A stretch of 64,000 nt of DNA. Origin: an uncultured Clostridia bacterium (GTDB lineage: Bacteria > Bacillota > Clostridia > Christensenellales > Aristaeellaceae). Below the pieces are notes generated by a model. The model was not told the DNA's origin. It saw only the letters and a list, made by a program, of their open reading frames with translations, and searched no databases. This document shows, one piece after another, positions 59,435 to 64,000 of this stretch. The number at the start of each line of letters is the position of its first letter. Position 1 is the stretch's first letter. The DNA lies in assembly GCA_947166385.1 (NCBI GenBank), contig CAMVEB010000017.1, forward strand, positions 4,853 to 68,852. Reading direction: 5' to 3'. The translations under genes and the position numbers were made by a program.

Positions 59435-60631
59435 CTATTCCTCCCGGATCTGTCCGATCCCGATCAGCGAGGTGACGGTCCTCACAAACGCTTTTTTGTT
59501 GAATACCGCCAGCTTGTTCAGCATCCTTCCCCGGAAAACCAGAGCCATCGTGTTTCCACCGTCCAGGTTCAGGGCTTGCGTCACTCCGCGCGCTTTCATG
59601 ATTTCCGCCACCCGCTGCAGCATGTCGCCCCTGCTGTCCGTCATCCGCCCCTGGACGGACAGCAGCAGGTAATGGTTCGGTTCGATCATGCCCAGCGCGT
59701 GCCGCGGTTCAATATTCCGGTAATAAGTATAAACCAGTTCATTGATGACTCCGTCCCGAAGCAGGATCGGCCCGAAGCTGAACACATTGACAGCGCCCTC
59801 TTCCAGCAGTTCCTCCGCCATCTTCTCGTTGCATTCGTATACCTGCAGCCGCCCGTCCGGATACTGAACCATCATGTCCAGGTTCGGCAGATGGTGTCCT
59901 GTCTTCCGGTTGGTTTTCCGGCTGATCAGCTGTCCTTCCCGGATGATGATCCCGGTATTTTCCTTCGTATCCATGCGCGCCGCGAAAAAGTCATCCGAGA
60001 ATCCCAGCACAAAGCCCGCGTCCTGCGCGATCACGTCGGGATACCGGTACCGTTTCCCCGGATGGTCCGGATCCGTCTGCACAGTCCGGAACCGTTCTCC
60101 GTCCCGGGTTCGGATCTCTGTCTCAAACCATACCAGCGGAACGGATTCGTCCTTCAGGCGCGTAATGATGATCTGCAGCTTCCCGTTCAGGTATATCCAC
60201 AGCCCCGCTTCATCGTTTTCATAAACGTATTCTTCCCCGCCGGCCGCAAACCCCTCCGCGTCCCGTTCCGGCCAGTCCGGTTCCGGCTTTTTCTCCTGTT
60301 CCGCCAGCGGGGACATCGTCGGGTACGGCTTCCTCGCCGCGTCCGGAGAGAACAGCACCTCCCAGGTCTTCTCGTCCACTTCGCCGGTCTCCGGCAGTCC
60401 GTTGTCCCGCTGGAATTCCCGCACTGCCTGCGCGGTGGATTTCGTGTATGCCTTTGTCAGCGGGCCGGATTTCAGGTATCGCAGCGCCAGCAGCCGTTCC
60501 TTGACCTCAAGCACCGCGCTGCCCCGGTCTCCTTCTTTCAGCGGAAGGCCCTCCGCTGCCGTTGCTGCTATCACAACGGTCATTGCCAGCAGAATCCCCA
60601 GCAGAAGCATCCGTCTTCCCCGCGTTTTCAC
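59435..60631 (-). CDS. Secreted peptidoglycan-binding + phosphodiester glycosidase (NAGPA-like) protein
   Basis: Signal peptide; 'LKEGDRGSAV..VKERL..L.Y...T.QAVREFQRDNGLPETG.VD..TW'; 'PRHALG', 'ALNLDGGNT'. Confidence 0.8.
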   Translation of the reverse strand: MKTRGRRMLLLGILLAMTVVIAATAAEGLPLKEGDRGSAVLEVKERLLALRYLKSGPLTKAYTKSTAQAVREFQRDNGLPETGEVDEKTWEVLFSPDAARKPYPTMSPLAEQEKKPEPDWPERDAEGFAAGGEEYVYENDEAGLWIYLNGKLQIIITRLKDESVPLVWFETEIRTRDGERFRTVQTDPDHPGKRYRYPDVIAQDAGFVLGFSDDFFAARMDTKENTGIIIREGQLISRKTNRKTGHHLPNLDMMVQYPDGRLQVYECNEKMAEELLEEGAVNVFSFGPILLRDGVINELVYTYYRNIEPRHALGMIEPNHYLLLSVQGRMTDSRGDMLQRVAEIMKARGVTQALNLDGGNTMALVFRGRMLNKLAVFNKKAFVRTVTSLIGIGQIREE

Positions 60632-60819
60632 CCGGCTCCCTCCCTTGACTCAGATGAGCTCCGACCGTCTCCATTCTGACACACTCCTGTCTTTTTTTCA
60701 ATCTTTCCTCCGTCGGCTGGCCGAATTTCTTGCCTTTCCGTCCCGGATGCGTATAATGGATATCATCGTTGTCAGTACAAATGCGGAGGCTTCCCCGCTT
60801 CTGGAAAGGACCGTCGCTT

Positions 60820-61785
60820 ATGAGCTATATTCAGGTGGATCACCTCCGGAAAACCTTCACCGTCCGCCGGAAAAGGGAAAAAGATTCCCTGACCCGGGAA
60901 AAGCAGCAGATCCGGGCGCTGGATGATCTTTCCTTCGGGATCGATCAGGGGGAAATGGTCGGATATATCGGTCCCAACGGTGCCGGCAAATCCACCACCG
61001 TCAAGATCCTGTCCGGCATCCTGACGCCGGACAGCGGCTCGGTCTCCGTCGGCGGTCTCGTTCCGTGGGAAAGCCGCCGCGAGCATGTCCGCCATCTCGG
61101 CGTGGTCTTCGGTCAGCGTATGCAGCTCTGGTGGGATGTCCCGATCCTGGATTCTTATTCTCTGCTGAAGGATATCTACCGCGTTCCGGAGGAGGCTTAC
61201 CGCAAAAGGCTGGATGAGCTCGCCGAGGCGCTGCAGCTCGGCCCCCTGCTCCGGACGCCGCTGCGTCTTCTGAGCCTCGGCCAGCGGATGCGGGCGGAGC
61301 TTTGCGGCTCCCTGCTGCATCAGCCGGAGCTGCTCTTTCTGGATGAGCCCACCATCGGTCTGGATTCCGTCAGCAAGCTTTCTCTCCGTGAATTCCTGCA
61401 GTACGAGAATCAGCGCCACGGGACAACCATTCTCCTCACAACCCATGATATGGAGGATATTGCCGCGCTCTGTTCCCGCGTCATGGTGCTGGGTCACGGA
61501 CGCAAGCTTTTTGACGGGGATTTTAACTCCCTGCTCAGCCGCTATGATACCGCCCGCACCGTGCTGGTTCGCTATGAGGATGCCGGCCTCGTTCCTCCGC
61601 TGCCGTCTCCGCTCTCCTTCACGCGGGAGGGGGATAGCCTGAAGGTGGTTTACTCCCCGCGCGAAATTCCCACGGCGGACCTGCTCGCCTGCCTGCAGCA
61701 GGCCGGCCCTATCCGGGAGCTGATCATTCAGCCGCAGAATATCGATCATATGATCGCAGAAATGTACCGGGAGATGGCGCTATGA
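60820..61785 (+). CDS. ABC-2 type transporter ATP-binding protein
   Basis: 'GPNGAGKSTT', 'VVFGQRMQLWWD', 'LSLGQRMRAE', 'LDEPTIGLD'; start ATG 60820. Confidence 0.92.
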   Translation: MSYIQVDHLRKTFTVRRKREKDSLTREKQQIRALDDLSFGIDQGEMVGYIGPNGAGKSTTVKILSGILTPDSGSVSVGGLVPWESRREHVRHLGVVFGQRMQLWWDVPILDSYSLLKDIYRVPEEAYRKRLDELAEALQLGPLLRTPLRLLSLGQRMRAELCGSLLHQPELLFLDEPTIGLDSVSKLSLREFLQYENQRHGTTILLTTHDMEDIAALCSRVMVLGHGRKLFDGDFNSLLSRYDTARTVLVRYEDAGLVPPLPSPLSFTREGDSLKVVYSPREIPTADLLACLQQAGPIRELIIQPQNIDHMIAEMYREMAL

Positions 61786-62573
61786 AAAGTTATCTGTCCG
61801 TCTTCCGCCTGCGCCGGCGGATGGAGCTGCAGTACCGGGGCGCCATGCTGGGAGGGATTCTGTGCCAGATGTTTTTCGGCCTGATCCTTATCGCCGTTTA
61901 CCGCGCGCTGTATGACTCCCGGCCCCAGCCCTTCCCGCTCTCCCGCGTCGTCACCTATGTCTGGCTGCAGCAGGCGTTTTTCAGGATGCTCGTGGCTTCC
62001 GATCCGGATCTGCTGGACAAGATCCGTTCCGGCGGAATCGCGTATGATCTCTGCCGCCCGCTCAGCCTTTACGGGTTCTATTATGTCCGCATCCTGGCCC
62101 AGAAAATGATGGGCAGCCTGATGCGGGCGGTTCCGATGCTGCTTTTCGCGGCTCTCCTGCCGGATGGCTGGGGCATTTCCCTGCCCGCTTCCCCGGCCGG
62201 GCTCCTGCTGGGGCTGACTGCTCTCTGCCTCGGTTTGCTCTGCGTTTCCGCCCTGGAGAATATCACCATGGGGATCACCATGCGCACCCTGGACCCCCGC
62301 GGCATTCAGGGGATGCTGAATCTCCTGATGATGACCTTCTGCGGCAATATTCTCCCGCTCACGCTCTTCCCGGACAGCTGGCAGCCCGTGATCACCTTCC
62401 TGCCCTTTGCCCAGCTGCTGGATGCGCCGATCCGGCTCTATACCGGCGAGTATCTGCCGGAGTTCGCGCCGCGCGTCCTCGCGCTGCAGGCAGGCTGGAC
62501 GGTGCTGCTGGTTCTGCTGGGGCTCCTGCTCTGGCGGCGCAACCAGAAGCGACTCATTCTGCAGGGAGGCTGA
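61782..62573 (+). CDS. ABC-2 family (DUF990-type) permease
   Basis: 'QYRG', 'YVWLQQ', 'IRSGGIAYDLCRPLS', 'GNILPLTLFP', 'LPF'. Confidence 0.85.
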   Translation: MKSYLSVFRLRRRMELQYRGAMLGGILCQMFFGLILIAVYRALYDSRPQPFPLSRVVTYVWLQQAFFRMLVASDPDLLDKIRSGGIAYDLCRPLSLYGFYYVRILAQKMMGSLMRAVPMLLFAALLPDGWGISLPASPAGLLLGLTALCLGLLCVSALENITMGITMRTLDPRGIQGMLNLLMMTFCGNILPLTLFPDSWQPVITFLPFAQLLDAPIRLYTGEYLPEFAPRVLALQAGWTVLLVLLGLLLWRRNQKRLILQGG

Positions 62574-62577
62574 AGAT

Positions 62578-63378
62578 ATGAACACCATTCGTCTTTATCT
62601 GCGTTCAATGGGCATGCTGCTCCGTAGTCAGCTGCAGTATCCCGTCTCCTTCTTTCTGCAGACCCTGGCCCAGCTGGTGATGGAAGGCGGCGAGATGATG
62701 GCCCTGATTTTGGTCATCGACCGTTTTGACCATCTTCACCAGTGGACCTCCGGCGACCTGTTTTTCTTCTTTGGCATCATGTCCGTCACGTTCTATCTCA
62801 CGGAGTGCTTCGGCCGCGGTGTGACCGGGGAATTTCCCTCCATGGTCCGGACCGGCCGGCTGGACACGCTGCTTCTGCGTCCCCGGGGCGTTCTGACGCA
62901 GGTGCTCTGCAGCGCCGTCGATCCCCGCCGAGTCACCTGCATCGCCGTTGGCGTCACCGCCCTGGTCATCGGCTGCCGGCTGGCCGCCGTCCGCTGGACC
63001 TTCCTGAAGGCGCTCCTTTTCCTGGAGGCTGTCCTTTTGGGGAGCATGCTGATTCTCGCCCTTTTCCTGATCGAGGCCATCTTCTGCATCCACAGCGTCA
63101 AGTCCGTGGAGCTGGTGAACGCCCTGACCTACGGCGGCCGCAGCGCCTGCGAATACCCGGTCACCGTGTATCCCCGCCCGCTGCGGATCCTCTTTTCCAC
63201 CGTTGCTCCCTTCGCGCTGGTGCTCCAGGTGCCGGCCGCCGCCATCCTGGATAAGCCGCTTTTCGGTCTCCCGTTCTGGGCGGCATTCCTTTGTCCGCTC
63301 TCCGGCGTGGTCATCTTCGGCATCATCTACCTGCTCTTTCAGCAGGCCATGCGCTTCTATCGTTCCACCGGCAGCTGA
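62578..63378 (+). CDS. ABC-2 family (DUF990-type) permease
   Basis: 'QLQYP..F', 'G.LD.LLLRP', 'YPVTVYP', 'FYRSTGS*'; start ATG 62578. Confidence 0.85.
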   Translation: MNTIRLYLRSMGMLLRSQLQYPVSFFLQTLAQLVMEGGEMMALILVIDRFDHLHQWTSGDLFFFFGIMSVTFYLTECFGRGVTGEFPSMVRTGRLDTLLLRPRGVLTQVLCSAVDPRRVTCIAVGVTALVIGCRLAAVRWTFLKALLFLEAVLLGSMLILALFLIEAIFCIHSVKSVELVNALTYGGRSACEYPVTVYPRPLRILFSTVAPFALVLQVPAAAILDKPLFGLPFWAAFLCPLSGVVIFGIIYLLFQQAMRFYRSTGS

Positions 63379-63413
63379 CCGGATCCCCCTGTTCTTCCGA
63401 GGAGGAAAATGCT

Positions 63414-64000
63414 TTGGCCAAAAAACACATGTTCACCACCCGGCGGGTTAAAATCGGAACAGGCAAACGCCAGGTTCGCCTGCTGGTACTCATCCCGCGG
63501 ACCCGGAAGCCGGGAAAGGTTCCCGGCGTCCTCTGGATCCACGGCGGCGGTTACCAGTCCGGCTCCGCGAAGGAAGTCTTCCTCACCCGGGCGCTCTCGA
63601 TGGTTGTCCGCTTCGGCATGGTGCTGGTCGCCCCGGATTACCGGCTCTCCAGGCATCATCCCTACCCGGCCGGTCTGCATGACTGCTATGCCGCTCTGCT
63701 CTGGCTGAAGGAGCATGCCGAAGAGCTGAATGTCCGCTCCGACCAGATCATGATCGGCGGAGAAAGCGCCGGCGGCGGCATGACCGTGGCGCTCTGCATG
63801 CTGGCCCGGGACCGCGGCGATGTCCGTATCGCCTTCCAGATGCCGCTCTATCCGATGCTGGATGACCGGGATACCGATTCCTCCCGGGATAACCACGCGC
63901 GGAACTGGAACACAAAACGCAATCATAAAGCGTGGAAACACTATCTCCGCGATGCCTACGGCACCGAGCTGATTCCCCGCTACGCTGCCCCCGCCCGCTG
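63414..64000 (+). CDS. Alpha/beta hydrolase (HSL-type esterase/lipase), 3'-truncated by window end
   Basis: Not in the ORF track (no stop in window): TTG 63414 after GGAGG; 'LWIHGGGY', 'APDYRL', 'PYPAGLHDCY', 'IGGESAGGG', 'LYPMLDDR'. Confidence 0.88.
   Translation, partial: MAKKHMFTTRRVKIGTGKRQVRLLVLIPRTRKPGKVPGVLWIHGGGYQSGSAKEVFLTRALSMVVRFGMVLVAPDYRLSRHHPYPAGLHDCYAALLWLKEHAEELNVRSDQIMIGGESAGGGMTVALCMLARDRGDVRIAFQMPLYPMLDDRDTDSSRDNHARNWNTKRNHKAWKHYLRDAYGTELIPRYAAPAR

Noticed and set aside
63409-63708. 99-aa ORF from the ATG at 63409
   Set aside because: Wrong frame; the esterase frame from TTG 63414 carries the HGGG and GESAG motifs and runs off the window.

Overview
GC-rich chromosomal window from an anaerobic Bacillota (Clostridia-like; taxonomy inferred from gene content and sigma-A-type promoters). 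I found no rRNA, tRNA, CRISPR array, transposase, integrase or phage gene. Left to right: (i) a split 2-hydroxyacyl-CoA dehydratase/activase cluster with a stand-alone E2-like acyltransferase; (ii) an AGCS amino-acid symporter, a LacI-sensor diguanylate cyclase, an ABC exporter and helD; (iii) a Trp-specifier T-box controlling pheA plus a TrpP-type ECF transporter; (iv) a ~20 kb nitrogen/glutamine supercluster (pyrG purB purA dapL glmS, amtB-PII fusion, gltD gltB, ANTAR regulator, glnA, and divergent asnB guaA); (v) a LacI-controlled uronic-acid oligosaccharide locus (ABC importer, DUF2264, GH88, GH2 glucuronidase) with a DUF5107-TPR gene nearby; (vi) purC and accessory genes. The main finding is a set of six short 5' leaders read directly from the sequence (AGCS, glmS, amtB, glnA, asnB, purC). 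Each has the layout sigma-A promoter, then one GGC/GC-AAnGnn-G(U/C)C hexaloop hairpin, then an overlapping intrinsic terminator. The hairpin matches the ANTAR antitermination motif, and an ANTAR protein with a degenerate receiver domain is encoded in the cluster. The leaders appear to hold a single hairpin rather than the canonical pair, and the putative regulon extends to glutamine-consuming cell-wall, purine and asparagine genes. Secondary highlights are pheA under a Trp T-box, an XRE-superoxide-reductase fusion next to a duplicated promoter, and a possible split plasmalogen-synthase-like cluster. All family assignments come from motif recognition by eye; no database search was run. Many start codons were moved from the ORF track to RBS-supported positions.
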